Assembly (NCBI GenBank): GCA_019058365.1
Contig: JAHPZE010000005.1
Location: 185,751 to 249,750, forward strand
Direction: 5' to 3'
Length of the DNA: 64,000 nucleotides
DNA from: Promethearchaeota archaeon
GTDB taxonomy: Archaea > Asgardarchaeota > Lokiarchaeia > Sigyniarchaeales > SOKP01
Of the stretch, positions 28,804-39,228 are shown one piece after another. Below the pieces are notes generated by a model, which was not told the origin of the DNA, ran no database searches, and was given only the letters and a program-made list of their open reading frames with translations. Position 1 is the stretch's first letter. Each line of letters opens with the position of its first letter. The translations under genes and the position numbers were made by a program.

Positions 28804-30096
28804 TTATAATTCAATTTGCTCGGGTCTTAGCCTTATTTCGTCTGGTTTTTTTTTCATTTCTTCTATTGATTCCTCATGAATAATTTTTTTAATATCAGTA
28901 AAATACCATGTTATAACAACGCTTACGGCTTGTAAATATAGAACAATAATAAATAGAAGCCGAATTCCAAAAAACACTGCTAATGGACCAGATATTATCA
29001 TTCCAAGGGGTGTAATAGCAGCAGCAATGCTAGTAACAATTGAAAATACTCTACCTTGAGTCTCTGGAGGTACTTTCGTTTGGAGTATTGTAAGAAACAT
29101 GGTATTCGCTATAGGGATCATAGATGCATGAATCAATGATCCAATACCCATCAATAGAAAATAGCCTTTTGGTGCAAGGGCTGTAATTAAATACCCACCT
29201 ACTCCTATAAATACAGAATATAAAATTATTAATTCCTTATGTTTCCAATGTTTTCTAGTTGAAGCTATTATGGCACCAATAACAATACCAATCTGTAAAA
29301 ATGCGCTAACAAGAGCAAAATCTAGTTCTCCTCCAGAGTGATCTATTAAAACAAATAATGACATCTGGGTTGTAAAGGGCATATTTAAAAGGTTAATAAC
29401 TGAAATGAATATAATTAAAATTAGAAAACTCCTCACAGATTTTAAGATAGTTAAACCATCCTTAAATTCCTTAAAATATGAAACTTTTTTAGTTTTTTCC
29501 GATTTTGACAAGATCGAGGGAATTTTAATTAATAATAATGGAATGATTGCTATAAAAAAAGTGAAAATGTCAACCCAAAGTATTTTTTCAATTTCAAAGA
29601 AAGCTAATAAGGTTGCTCCTACTATAGGACCAATTACCTGAATAACACCTGTGAATAAATAGTTAATAGCATTCATTCTACTTAGATGTTTCTTAGGGAT
29701 CATTATTGGGATAATAGCATTCACGGTCGGGTAATGAATCGCTTGAAAAACTCCCCGAAAAATATTCATAACCATTACAAGCCAGACATTTGCAATTCCA
29801 GTAAGAAAAAACAATATTATTAAAAAAGTTAGAAACGCTTGAAGGGAATCAGCTAATGCAATAACAATTTTTCTATTCCATCTATCGATAAACACTCCTA
29901 CAATAGGTGGAATGATGACCATTGGAAGTGAACCTAAAAAAAATGCAATAGATACAGTTATCGGATTTAAGGTTTCTTCCGCAATCCACCAAATAATAAC
30001 AAACCGAATAATAGAGGAGCCTAATATCGAAAATAATTGACCTCCCCAAAAAAATAAATATGCACGAAAGGTGTTTTCAGATGTGGTTGCATCCAT
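28804..30096 (-). CDS. MFS transporter (DHA3/MefA-like)
   Basis: WGGQLFSILGS, GVFIDRWNRK, QGRVFS; about 12 TM segments. Confidence 0.9.
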   Translation of the reverse strand: MDATTSENTFRAYLFFWGGQLFSILGSSIIRFVIIWWIAEETLNPITVSIAFFLGSLPMVIIPPIVGVFIDRWNRKIVIALADSLQAFLTFLIILFFLTGIANVWLVMVMNIFRGVFQAIHYPTVNAIIPIMIPKKHLSRMNAINYLFTGVIQVIGPIVGATLLAFFEIEKILWVDIFTFFIAIIPLLLIKIPSILSKSEKTKKVSYFKEFKDGLTILKSVRSFLILIIFISVINLLNMPFTTQMSLFVLIDHSGGELDFALVSAFLQIGIVIGAIIASTRKHWKHKELIILYSVFIGVGGYLITALAPKGYFLLMGIGSLIHASMIPIANTMFLTILQTKVPPETQGRVFSIVTSIAAAITPLGMIISGPLAVFFGIRLLFIIVLYLQAVSVVITWYFTDIKKIIHEESIEEMKKKPDEIRLRPEQIEL

Positions 30097-30192
30097 GAAA
30101 TGTAAAATTAATCATTATTTCAAAAGGTTAGGAAATTAATAAAATAATTTTGGAGATTCAAGACTTCTAAAAAAAGTAAAAAAAAAAAAATT

Positions 30193-31959
30193 TTATTTTT
30201 TAAATAGTGGATCTGCTTCTTGAAGAGTACGTCTCTCGACTTTTCCCATGATACTTTTAGGAATTTCGTCGATTATATCAATCATAGCGGGGCATTTCCA
30301 TTTTGCCATATTCTTTTCAGTCCAAGCTATTAAATCTGTTCCTGTAATTTTGCCTTTGTACTCAGGTCTTAAAGCTACCCATGCTTTTGTGATTTCTCCT
30401 ACTTTTCCTGCTGGATCGGGTAAACCCGCAACAGCTGCCTCAGAAACAGCCTCATGACTCATAAGTAAACTTTCAACTTCAGCGGGGAACACTGAATGAC
30501 CCGCAACTTTAATTAATTGTTTCTTTCTATCCCTTATAGCAATTGTTCCATCTTCATTCATAAATCCGATATCACCAGTTAGAAGCCATGTTCGACCATC
30601 CCATTTTTTCAATGTATCTGCTGTTTCTCCCGGTTGATTTAGATATCCTTTCATAACTTGAGGACCACAAACACATATTTCTCCAGTATTTTCTTCTCCA
30701 TATTTTGATCCAGATGAGCCATTTGTTATTAATCCTTTCTCAAATTCGTCTGCATCAAAAATTCCCCAATCCGTACCTGTCAATGGCATCCCAATGGTTC
30801 CAACCGGGCTCTCACCGAATAGATTCCCGGCACTTACTACAGGACTAGCTTCTGAAAGCCCATATCCCTCCACAATTCTTCCTTGAGTATTTTCTTGGAA
30901 AGATTTTTGCACAGGAGCATGCAAAGGTCCAGCCCCTGAAATACAAAGTCTTAACTTACCCATTACATTCGGGAACTTTTTTAAATTTGGAAAATCTGCG
31001 ATCCTCTTGAATAATATTTCAGCACCCGCATAAAAAAGACCTTTTGGAGCATCAATATGCGTTATTTCTTTTAAAAATTCATCCGTAGGTGGAGGTCTTG
31101 GAAAAAGCATCATCCATCCTCCTAATCCTATGGCTACATTCATAACAGCTGTCATTGCAAATGAATGATACAATGGAATTGCCCCAATATCACCTACTCC
31201 AGGATCTTCACCACCTACCCATAGAACGCATTGAATTGCATTAGAAACTAAGTTGAAATGTGTTAAAACTGTTGCTTTAGGAACCCCTGTAGTTCCACCG
31301 GTCATAATAAACGTAGCTGTATGCTCAGTAGGATCAAAATCAACATTTGGCAGATCTACTTCAGTATTAAGAAGATCCATAAAATTTATTGCACTAGGAA
31401 AATCAACTTTTCCTGTGGGTATCTTTCCAACCATTTTCCCTAACTTCTTCTTCATTCCTGATAACCCCGAAGCTAAATCTGCGATATTTGTATAAATCAC
31501 CATCTCAATATTAGTTCTACTAATAATTGGACGTGCTAATTCTCCATATAATGCATCCAAGGTAATTAAAACCTTTGAGTTAGTCATTTTAAGTTGATGT
31601 AATACTTCTAGAGGTTTGTAGGTAGGATTTATTCCAGAGGCAATTGCTCCTAATTTTACGGTTGCATAAAAACAAATAACATATTGAAAACAATTTGGCA
31701 TCAAAAATGCAACAACATCTCCTTTTTTCACTCCTAATTTATCTAAAGCTGTTGCTAAAGAATCAATGTACTTTCCTGCTTCCTCGTATGTCATCCAACT
31801 TTCGATGAACCACATCATCCTTTCATTAGCATATTTTTTTCTTTGCCTTTCGAAAAACTCTCCTAATGAAATTTTTTCAAACTTATGATTCTTTGGAGTT
31901 TTTGATGGCCAATACTTCTTAAACCATGCTTTATCTTCTTTAACTTGCCATTCTGACAT
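30193..31959 (-). CDS. Long-chain fatty acid-CoA ligase
   Basis: TGGTTGVPK, EGYGLSE, TGDIG and PKSIMGK adenylate-forming enzyme motifs. Confidence 0.9.
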   Translation of the reverse strand: MSEWQVKEDKAWFKKYWPSKTPKNHKFEKISLGEFFERQRKKYANERMMWFIESWMTYEEAGKYIDSLATALDKLGVKKGDVVAFLMPNCFQYVICFYATVKLGAIASGINPTYKPLEVLHQLKMTNSKVLITLDALYGELARPIISRTNIEMVIYTNIADLASGLSGMKKKLGKMVGKIPTGKVDFPSAINFMDLLNTEVDLPNVDFDPTEHTATFIMTGGTTGVPKATVLTHFNLVSNAIQCVLWVGGEDPGVGDIGAIPLYHSFAMTAVMNVAIGLGGWMMLFPRPPPTDEFLKEITHIDAPKGLFYAGAEILFKRIADFPNLKKFPNVMGKLRLCISGAGPLHAPVQKSFQENTQGRIVEGYGLSEASPVVSAGNLFGESPVGTIGMPLTGTDWGIFDADEFEKGLITNGSSGSKYGEENTGEICVCGPQVMKGYLNQPGETADTLKKWDGRTWLLTGDIGFMNEDGTIAIRDRKKQLIKVAGHSVFPAEVESLLMSHEAVSEAAVAGLPDPAGKVGEITKAWVALRPEYKGKITGTDLIAWTEKNMAKWKCPAMIDIIDEIPKSIMGKVERRTLQEADPLFKK

Positions 31960-32094
31960 CTTTTTTCACTTATAATAGTTCTTATTGGATAAAAGTATAT
32001 ATTTTTATGTTTAAACATTAAGTAAAATTAGCTTAAATTTATAAAGTTTTTAAAAAATAACATTCATCAAGATAAATAGACACAGTTCATAGAA

Positions 32095-32874
32095 TTATGA
32101 AGTCGCTCGCAAATTTAATATACAATATAACTCTTTTAAACGTGAAATAGTCTTGAAAGGCATCATCCTTGAATATTGGTTAACTTTTTCTTTTACTTTT
32201 GCTTTCCTTTTTAAAATATAATCATTAACTATCATTCTTCTCTTCAAGCTTTCACGTTGAATTAATATAGGTTTTATTCCAATGTTTAAAGCTCCTTCAA
32301 TATCTTCTTTACTATCTCCGATAAATATAACTTCTTGGGGTTTTAAATCAAGTTTTTCAAGAGTAATATCAAAAATCTGTGGCTCGGGTTTTTTATAACC
32401 AATTTCTCCTGAAATAGCTAAATATTTAAAATATTCTGTGAGCTGATATCTGGATAAAACTGAATATATAAAAGGAGGATGATCAAAATTAGTTATCAAG
32501 GCAAGATATTTCTGATTTCTTAAAATTCTTAATAAGGGAATCGCTTCTGAATCAAGTTTTACGTACTTATGCCAAGAATTAACGCATTCATTAGCAATTT
32601 TTTTAATCTCATGTGTTTGAAGCTCCAATTTTAAATCCATTGCAAAATCCTTAATTCTACTCTCATATATTGTTAAGTTTTTATCCTTCTCTATGGGTTC
32701 TTCTCTTGTAAAAAAACCACTACATAGATTTGCAAAATCTTTTTTAGATAGTGTTAGACCATTCTTTTTCATGAGGATATAAAATGTTGATAACCAACTA
32801 TTCCATGCTTTATTATTATTTTTAGGTATTAATATTGTACCATATAGATCAAAAAAAACCCCTTTTATCAACAT
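32095..32874 (-). CDS. HAD-superfamily hydrolase
   Basis: FDLYGT, ITN, KP and GDSKEDI motifs. Confidence 0.9.
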   Translation of the reverse strand: MLIKGVFFDLYGTILIPKNNNKAWNSWLSTFYILMKKNGLTLSKKDFANLCSGFFTREEPIEKDKNLTIYESRIKDFAMDLKLELQTHEIKKIANECVNSWHKYVKLDSEAIPLLRILRNQKYLALITNFDHPPFIYSVLSRYQLTEYFKYLAISGEIGYKKPEPQIFDITLEKLDLKPQEVIFIGDSKEDIEGALNIGIKPILIQRESLKRRMIVNDYILKRKAKVKEKVNQYSRMMPFKTISRLKELYCILNLRATS

Positions 32875-33015
32875 AATTATTAACTTTAGTAATTCTTTTT
32901 AGTTCATTTAAGAAGTTTGTTTTTTAAAAGTATATTAAAATTATAATAATAAAAGATAAATGATACTATTAATTCAAAATATTTAGATTTAGAAAAAATA
33001 ACAATTATTGAAAAA

Positions 33016-33378
33016 ATGTTATGTATTCACGGTTTAGACGACACTAATTGCCCGACTTGTCGAATATTAAAATCCACTGTACCATTAAAGGGTATTAGTT
33101 TTAAAAAGACAAATTTTCTTAATATAAATAATTTACTTTCTAAAAAAAATATAAATCTTGAAAAGAAATTAAAAGATGAAATAACATCTAAAAAAGGCAG
33201 TTTACATCCTCCTAATCTTATTTTAAAACCCTTATTAATAAATCAAATCCCTAATTTTAGAAATGAATTTTTCTTAAAGAGATTTAAAGATCTCGATATA
33301 TCCAAAGAAGATAAGTATGGAATTACTAAAAAAATGCATTTGGAAAACCCTGAACGAGAATTTGAGGAAGAAGACTAA
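33016..33378 (+). CDS. Hypothetical protein with an N-terminal CxH...CxxC metal site
   Basis: MLCIHGLDDTNCPTC. Confidence 0.65.
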   Translation: MLCIHGLDDTNCPTCRILKSTVPLKGISFKKTNFLNINNLLSKKNINLEKKLKDEITSKKGSLHPPNLILKPLLINQIPNFRNEFFLKRFKDLDISKEDKYGITKKMHLENPEREFEEED

Positions 33379-33493
33379 ACGCTTCTCGAAAAATTATTAT
33401 AACCTTTGATTCACTTCTTATTTATTACATTATTATTTTAAGGGATTATATCATAATTATAAATTATAACTTCATCTACGAAATAATTAAATA

Positions 33494-34153
33494 GTGAAAT
33501 TAATGACTCAAATGGAAATTACCTGGCTTGGTCATGCGGCTTTCAAAATTAAAACTCATAGCGGAAGAATTATTTATCTTGATCCTTACCAGATTAAAAA
33601 AGGAGAAGAGAAAGCAGATATAATTGTTTCTACACATTCTCATGGAGATCATTTTGATTCGAGTAGTATACAAAGTCTTATGAAGGATAATACGATTGTC
33701 ATAGGACCTGAGAGTATTGCTAGCAGCCTACAAAAATTTGATGGTACACCATTGAAATTAGGACAATTGTTCGCCTATAAAGACCTTTCAATCGAGTTAG
33801 TTCCAGCATATAATATTAAGAAGCCTAACCATCCTAAACGTAATGAATGGGCAGGAATAATTGTAACATCAGAAGATAAAAGTGTATATCATGCTGGAGA
33901 TACCGAACGAATCCCTGAAATGAAAGATTTAGCAAGTCGAAATATTACTGTAGCAATGATGCCCTGTGGTGGAACATATACAATGGATTTTGATGAAGCT
34001 ACTGACTCTATAATAGATGTTAAACCTGAGATCGCAATCCCAATGCATAATTGGGGCAAGGATTTAACTAAATTTAAAGAACTCGTAGAAAAGAAAGATC
34101 CAAGTATTAAAGTGGAGATTTTAGAAGAAGGCGGTGAACCTCTAAAAATTTAA
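33494..34153 (+). CDS. Metallo-beta-lactamase-fold hydrolase
   Basis: WLGHA, THSHGDH, YHAGDT and PMH motifs. Confidence 0.9.
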   Translation: MKLMTQMEITWLGHAAFKIKTHSGRIIYLDPYQIKKGEEKADIIVSTHSHGDHFDSSSIQSLMKDNTIVIGPESIASSLQKFDGTPLKLGQLFAYKDLSIELVPAYNIKKPNHPKRNEWAGIIVTSEDKSVYHAGDTERIPEMKDLASRNITVAMMPCGGTYTMDFDEATDSIIDVKPEIAIPMHNWGKDLTKFKELVEKKDPSIKVEILEEGGEPLKI

Positions 34154-34399
34154 ATTTTATTTATTTTTATAATCTCTTTTATTATTTCTTTTTTTATTGA
34201 ATTCTTTTAAATTGATCATACATACAACATTATGATATATAATAATTTAGTAGATCGTCAATAAACACATTTTTAAGGTGGATTTCCGATCTTAAGAAAT
34301 TTCTTAAAAAAGATTTTATATTATAGGATTTTAAAACTAATATATTAAATTCTTAATTTTCAATAAAATTTGCGAATATACATCAAAATGTGATGAAAA

Positions 34400-36118
34400 A
34401 TGGAAATTGATGAAGAGTTAAGAGCCAATACTAACGTAGCATATATCTCTATGGAGATTGCTATTGATAGTAACATTCCTACATATTCTGGAGGATTAGG
34501 TGTATTGTCGGGAGATACTGTAAGGTCAGCTGCAGATCTAGAAATTCCCATGGTTGGCATTTGTTTGTGTTACAGTTCTGGATATTTTTATCAATTTTTT
34601 AATGAATTTGGTGAACAAAAAGAGAAGGAAATTGCGTGGAATTTCTATTATGAATTTGATAAAGTAGAAAAACCAATTACGGTTAAAATTGAAAATAAGG
34701 ACGTTCTTGTAAGTGCTTGGCTTTATCGTGTGATTGGTCAATCGGGTCATATCCTTCCGATTTATCTTTTAACTACTGATGTTGAGGGTAATGAAGAATG
34801 GATGAAAAAAATGACTGGCTCTTTATATGATAGTACGAGTCGTTGGAATCGAATAGTCCAAGAAATGATCTTAGGGATTGGAGGAGTTAAGCTTTTAAAA
34901 TCTTTGGGATATAATAACATTGAAACTTATCACCTTAATGAAGGTCATGGTTCGTTTTCAACTCTTGAATTGTATAACGAATTAGGTAATATTGAAAAAG
35001 TAAAAGAAAAATTTGCTTTTACAACACACACCCCAGTTCCGGCTGGTCATGATCGATTTAAGAACGATTTAGTTAAAAAAGTATTTGAAAATAGAATGCC
35101 TTCTGAAATTCAAAAACTTGCAGATGACAATGGAGAATTCAATATGACTTTTCTTGGTATGGCTCTTTCTAGGTACAGAAATGCTGTTGCGAAAAAACAT
35201 GGTGATATCTCAAGGAAGATGTTCCCTCAATATGAAATTGATTATATTACTAATGGCGTTCACTTACCTTTTTGGGTTTCTAAACCTCTTCGAAAAATGT
35301 TTGGAAGAAAATGGCCCAATTGGCGGGCAAATCCCTCTGTGCTCGAGAATGCAATAGAACTAGATGACTTAGATCTTTTTGATGCTCATATTGAGAACAA
35401 ATTCAATCTCATTAATTATCAAAAAGGTCATAGTTGGAACTTGCTTGACGAAGAATTAATAACAATTGGTTTTGCGAGACGTTTCGCGACTTACAAGAGA
35501 GCAACACTCATATTTCATGATATTGATAGACTAGGTAAAATCTGTAAAAATAGGGTTCAATTTATTTTCGCCGGAAAAGCTCATCCAAAAGACCAAATGG
35601 GAAAAGATTATATTAAAGAAATTCACGAATCAGGAGAATACTTATATAATAATTATGGTGTAAAAGTTGTAATGATGGAAAATTATAATATGGATCTCGC
35701 TCATATGCTTGTATCTGGAGTAGATATCTGGCTTAATACACCTAATAGATATCGTGAAGCTAGCGGTACTAGTGGGATGAAGGCTGCATTAAACGGTGTT
35801 CCTAATTTTAGTGTTCTAGATGGTTGGTGGTTAGAAGGTTACAAGATGAACGCACTCTCTGGTTGGGCTATTGGTCCTGATGATTCAAATCCTAATGACC
35901 CTGGTGTTTCAAATGACTGGGACATTGATTCTAATGCACTCTATGAAACACTAGAGAACGAAATTTTACCTACATATCTAAACCACGATGAATGGATCTT
36001 TAGACAGAAAAACGCAATATCATTAGCTGCATATTTTAATACACATAGAATGATAATGGAATATGCTGATCGTGCTTATCGTTTAAGAAGGCAAAGACCT
36101 TGGAAATATATTAAATAA
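34400..36118 (+). CDS. glgP: Alpha-glucan phosphorylase
   Basis: YSGGLGVL, HLNEGH, FARRFATYKR and the PLP-lysine motif EASGTSGMK. Confidence 0.95.
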   Translation: MEIDEELRANTNVAYISMEIAIDSNIPTYSGGLGVLSGDTVRSAADLEIPMVGICLCYSSGYFYQFFNEFGEQKEKEIAWNFYYEFDKVEKPITVKIENKDVLVSAWLYRVIGQSGHILPIYLLTTDVEGNEEWMKKMTGSLYDSTSRWNRIVQEMILGIGGVKLLKSLGYNNIETYHLNEGHGSFSTLELYNELGNIEKVKEKFAFTTHTPVPAGHDRFKNDLVKKVFENRMPSEIQKLADDNGEFNMTFLGMALSRYRNAVAKKHGDISRKMFPQYEIDYITNGVHLPFWVSKPLRKMFGRKWPNWRANPSVLENAIELDDLDLFDAHIENKFNLINYQKGHSWNLLDEELITIGFARRFATYKRATLIFHDIDRLGKICKNRVQFIFAGKAHPKDQMGKDYIKEIHESGEYLYNNYGVKVVMMENYNMDLAHMLVSGVDIWLNTPNRYREASGTSGMKAALNGVPNFSVLDGWWLEGYKMNALSGWAIGPDDSNPNDPGVSNDWDIDSNALYETLENEILPTYLNHDEWIFRQKNAISLAAYFNTHRMIMEYADRAYRLRRQRPWKYIK

Positions 36119-36159
36119 TCCTTTTTAATTTTTCTTTTTTTGTTTATTTGGGCAAAAAT

Positions 36160-36687
36160 TTAAAGAGATTTATTACAATCAGTTAACTTAAAAGGACGGA
36201 TTTTGATATAATCGTTGAATCTTTTTTGATTTGTGAAGTCTTCCAGAACTTGCTTTAAAATTGTTTCTAAGGTATCTATGCCTGAAATTAACCCTTCCAT
36301 ATTACGTGAAAGGAGTAACGTAAAATCTGTATTTGATTCAAGATAAAAACAACCAGGATTTAATTCAATATTTAAATTGGGTTCGATAATTTCATTGGTT
36401 TTTTTTATTATATTAGAGATAGTGAATAGAATTATCAAAAATTTTTTCGAATAGTCTTCTTTTAAATAGGAGTCTCTGATACCAGCAGCTTGTAACGGTA
36501 CATTAGTATACGATTTGATTAAATATTGGAGTCGATTGAGTTCTTTTCTAAATTTATTTTTATTATGATAAAAAATAAATTCACTAGTCAATTTTAAAGG
36601 TTCTTTATCGAGATATGTAATTTTAAGAGGAGATTTTTCAAACTTAAATTCTTTGAGAAAATTAGACATTTTACTAAACGTATACAA
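36160..36687 (-). CDS. Stand-alone GH20 domain-2-like protein
   Basis: PGCFYLE...EGLISGIDTLETIL...PFKLTD resembles the hexosaminidase N-terminal domain. Confidence 0.5.
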   Translation of the reverse strand: MYTFSKMSNFLKEFKFEKSPLKITYLDKEPLKLTSEFIFYHNKNKFRKELNRLQYLIKSYTNVPLQAAGIRDSYLKEDYSKKFLIILFTISNIIKKTNEIIEPNLNIELNPGCFYLESNTDFTLLLSRNMEGLISGIDTLETILKQVLEDFTNQKRFNDYIKIRPFKLTDCNKSL

Positions 36688-36776
36688 TAGTATTATTTAA
36701 TTATAGATAATTTCATTTACTAAAAAAACTTCATGATTTTAGATTTTAAGTAAAAATCGAGATAAACTTTGGATTT

Positions 36777-37772
36777 ATGAAGCTGGGATCACTTAATTTA
36801 GAGAATAGATATATTTTAGCCCCAATGCTAAATGTAACTACAAGTCCTTATAGAAGATTTTGTAGGTATTTTTTTAATATTGGCTTAGTTAGTTGCCCTA
36901 TGATATATACAAAAAGAATTGCAAAAAATCCGGAATCTGTAGAAAAAGATTTATTCAAGATTGAAGAAGAGAATCCTATTAGTGTGCAGTTAATTGGTTC
37001 TGATTTAGAAGCTCTCAAAAAAACTATAGACTATCTTGAAAGCTATAAGTTTGATGTATTAGATTTAAACGCAGGATGTCCATCTAAAAGAGCAATTAAA
37101 GCCAAAGAAGGTGGATATTTAATGAAAGACTTGAAGAATCTAAAAATACTAATCCAAATCGCGGTAAAATACTCTGCGAAGCCAATTTCCCTTAAAATCA
37201 GAACTGGATATGAAAAACCTTTTAATATTAAAGAGATGGCAAAATTGGTAAATGATTCTGGATTAGATTTTATAATTATTCATGCTAGATTAGTAAAAAG
37301 TAATTTTTCTAAGGGAACCTTAGATTTAGAGACTGTAAAGGAATTAAAAGAGAGTATAACAATTCCCTTGGTTGGAAATGGTGACATTATCAATCCTATT
37401 AGTGCTAAACATTTTATAGATTATACTAATGTTGATGCGTTTATGATTGGTAGAGAATCCATGGGACATCCAGAGATTTTTAAGCAAATTAATGAGTATT
37501 TAGTAAATAATAAGATGGTATCCTTTAAAAGTAATAGAAAAACAATGGAAAAGTATTTTAAAATTTATGAGAATATCATTGATGAGTTCCTTGATGGAAT
37601 ATCACACCCATTAGATAATGAAGAAATTAAATTTATAGAATTAAAAAGAAATGCAATATGGTTATCAAAAAATATTGATAAATCAACTAATATTAGAAAT
37701 CAACTAAGCAAAACTAAAAATCTTATTCAACTTAAAGAGATTTTAGGCAACTTTTTTAGTTTTAAATCTTAA
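36777..37772 (+). CDS. dus: tRNA-dihydrouridine synthase
   Basis: LAPM, DLNAGCP, KIRTG, HAR, GNGDI and MIGR motifs. Confidence 0.92.
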   Translation: MKLGSLNLENRYILAPMLNVTTSPYRRFCRYFFNIGLVSCPMIYTKRIAKNPESVEKDLFKIEEENPISVQLIGSDLEALKKTIDYLESYKFDVLDLNAGCPSKRAIKAKEGGYLMKDLKNLKILIQIAVKYSAKPISLKIRTGYEKPFNIKEMAKLVNDSGLDFIIIHARLVKSNFSKGTLDLETVKELKESITIPLVGNGDIINPISAKHFIDYTNVDAFMIGRESMGHPEIFKQINEYLVNNKMVSFKSNRKTMEKYFKIYENIIDEFLDGISHPLDNEEIKFIELKRNAIWLSKNIDKSTNIRNQLSKTKNLIQLKEILGNFFSFKS

Positions 37773-37799
37773 AAAAAAAATTAATTTTTTAAGATTATT

Positions 37800-38027
37800 T
37801 TAGATTTTTTTAATAAAATATAAAGCAATCAATAGACATGCTAAAATTCCGCCTATTATAGAAGAAACAATTAAAATCAAACTAATAATTTCAATAGCAG
37901 ATAAAAACAGGGGACTTCCAGTATAATATGCATTTGCCACTACTGAAATAATAATAAATATTAATAGACATAAAATTGTTAAAACGATACAAAGTAAACC
38001 AATTTGAAGATACTTCTTTCTTTCCAT
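37800..38027 (-). CDS. Small two-TM membrane protein
   Basis: Two hydrophobic helices. Confidence 0.6.
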   Translation of the reverse strand: MERKKYLQIGLLCIVLTILCLLIFIIISVVANAYYTGSPLFLSAIEIISLILIVSSIIGGILACLLIALYFIKKI

Positions 38028-38071
38028 TAAATAAACCTAAGAAAATGTGTAAAGAAAATAATTTTGTATAA

Positions 38072-39091
38072 TTATTTATACTTTTTTAAAAGTTCTTCAG
38101 GGGTATAAACGCCATCCTCAGTAATTATTCCTGTTACAAGTCTGAAAGGAGTAATATCAAATGCATAATTCAAGCACTCTACTCCATTCGGAACAATTTG
38201 AAGCTTTCCAAGAATATTACTGACTTCTGAACTGTCTCTTTGTTCGATGGTTACATCTTTAACAGTTTCATGAAGGGATAAGGTCGATGTTGGTGCTGCA
38301 ACATAAAAAGGAATATCATTATCTTTCGCAGCTAAAGCAACCAAATATGTACCAATCTTGTTGAATACTGCGTCTGAAGTTACTCTATCTGTCCCAACAA
38401 TTACTTTATTTATTTTTCCAAGTCTCATAATTAATCCTGAAGACGTATCTGATATAACTTTTACGGGAATTTTATCATATTGTAATTCATAAGCAGTCAA
38501 TCTCGCTCCTTGTAATCGGGGTCTAGTTTCATCAGCAATGACTTGTATTTCCTTTCCTTCCTCTATTGCAGCTCTTATTGGTGCTAAAGCAGTACCATAT
38601 TGAACAGTTGCAAGAGAACCAGCATTACAATGAGTCAAAACCGTATCACCATCTTCAAGTAATGCAGCACCATTTTTACCAATACTTTTATTTACATTAA
38701 TATCTTGTTGAGCCATAAGTTGTGCCTCTTCAACCACTAAAGCAGAAAGCATTGGAGGATCATCTGGATATTTTGAAATTATATCCCAAATCCTATCAAC
38801 CGCCCAGAAAAGATTTGAAGCAGTGGGCCGAGTACTTCTAATAAGGTTTGCAACTTCCTCCATTTTTTCTAAAAACTTCTCTTTAGGCAGTTCTTTATAT
38901 TCTATGGTAGCTAACGCCATACCCATCGCAGCGGCAACACCTATAGCAGGAGCTCCTCGTATATTCATCACTTTAATCGAAGTAGCTACATCTCGATAAT
39001 CTTCAAACTCTAAAAATTTAAGATCGTGAGGTAGAACTGTTTGATCAATCATTTTAACTTTATTATTAATCCATTCAATCGAAGGAATCAT
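38072..39091 (-). CDS. mtnA: S-methyl-5-thioribose-1-phosphate isomerase (eIF-2B family)
   Basis: IRGAPAIG, RPTA, THCNAGSLAT, ETRPRLQGARLT and NKIGTY. Confidence 0.92.
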   Translation of the reverse strand: MIPSIEWINNKVKMIDQTVLPHDLKFLEFEDYRDVATSIKVMNIRGAPAIGVAAAMGMALATIEYKELPKEKFLEKMEEVANLIRSTRPTASNLFWAVDRIWDIISKYPDDPPMLSALVVEEAQLMAQQDINVNKSIGKNGAALLEDGDTVLTHCNAGSLATVQYGTALAPIRAAIEEGKEIQVIADETRPRLQGARLTAYELQYDKIPVKVISDTSSGLIMRLGKINKVIVGTDRVTSDAVFNKIGTYLVALAAKDNDIPFYVAAPTSTLSLHETVKDVTIEQRDSSEVSNILGKLQIVPNGVECLNYAFDITPFRLVTGIITEDGVYTPEELLKKYK

Positions 39092-39228
39092 AAATATTTA
39101 GAATTTTACAATCCTTAAAAATTAAATTTGAAATTATTCATTTGGTTAATTTACATTCTAAAAGAGAAAAGGATATTATTTGAAGTACTTTTTTGTGATC
39201 AGAACTAAACATGTTATAAATAATAAAT

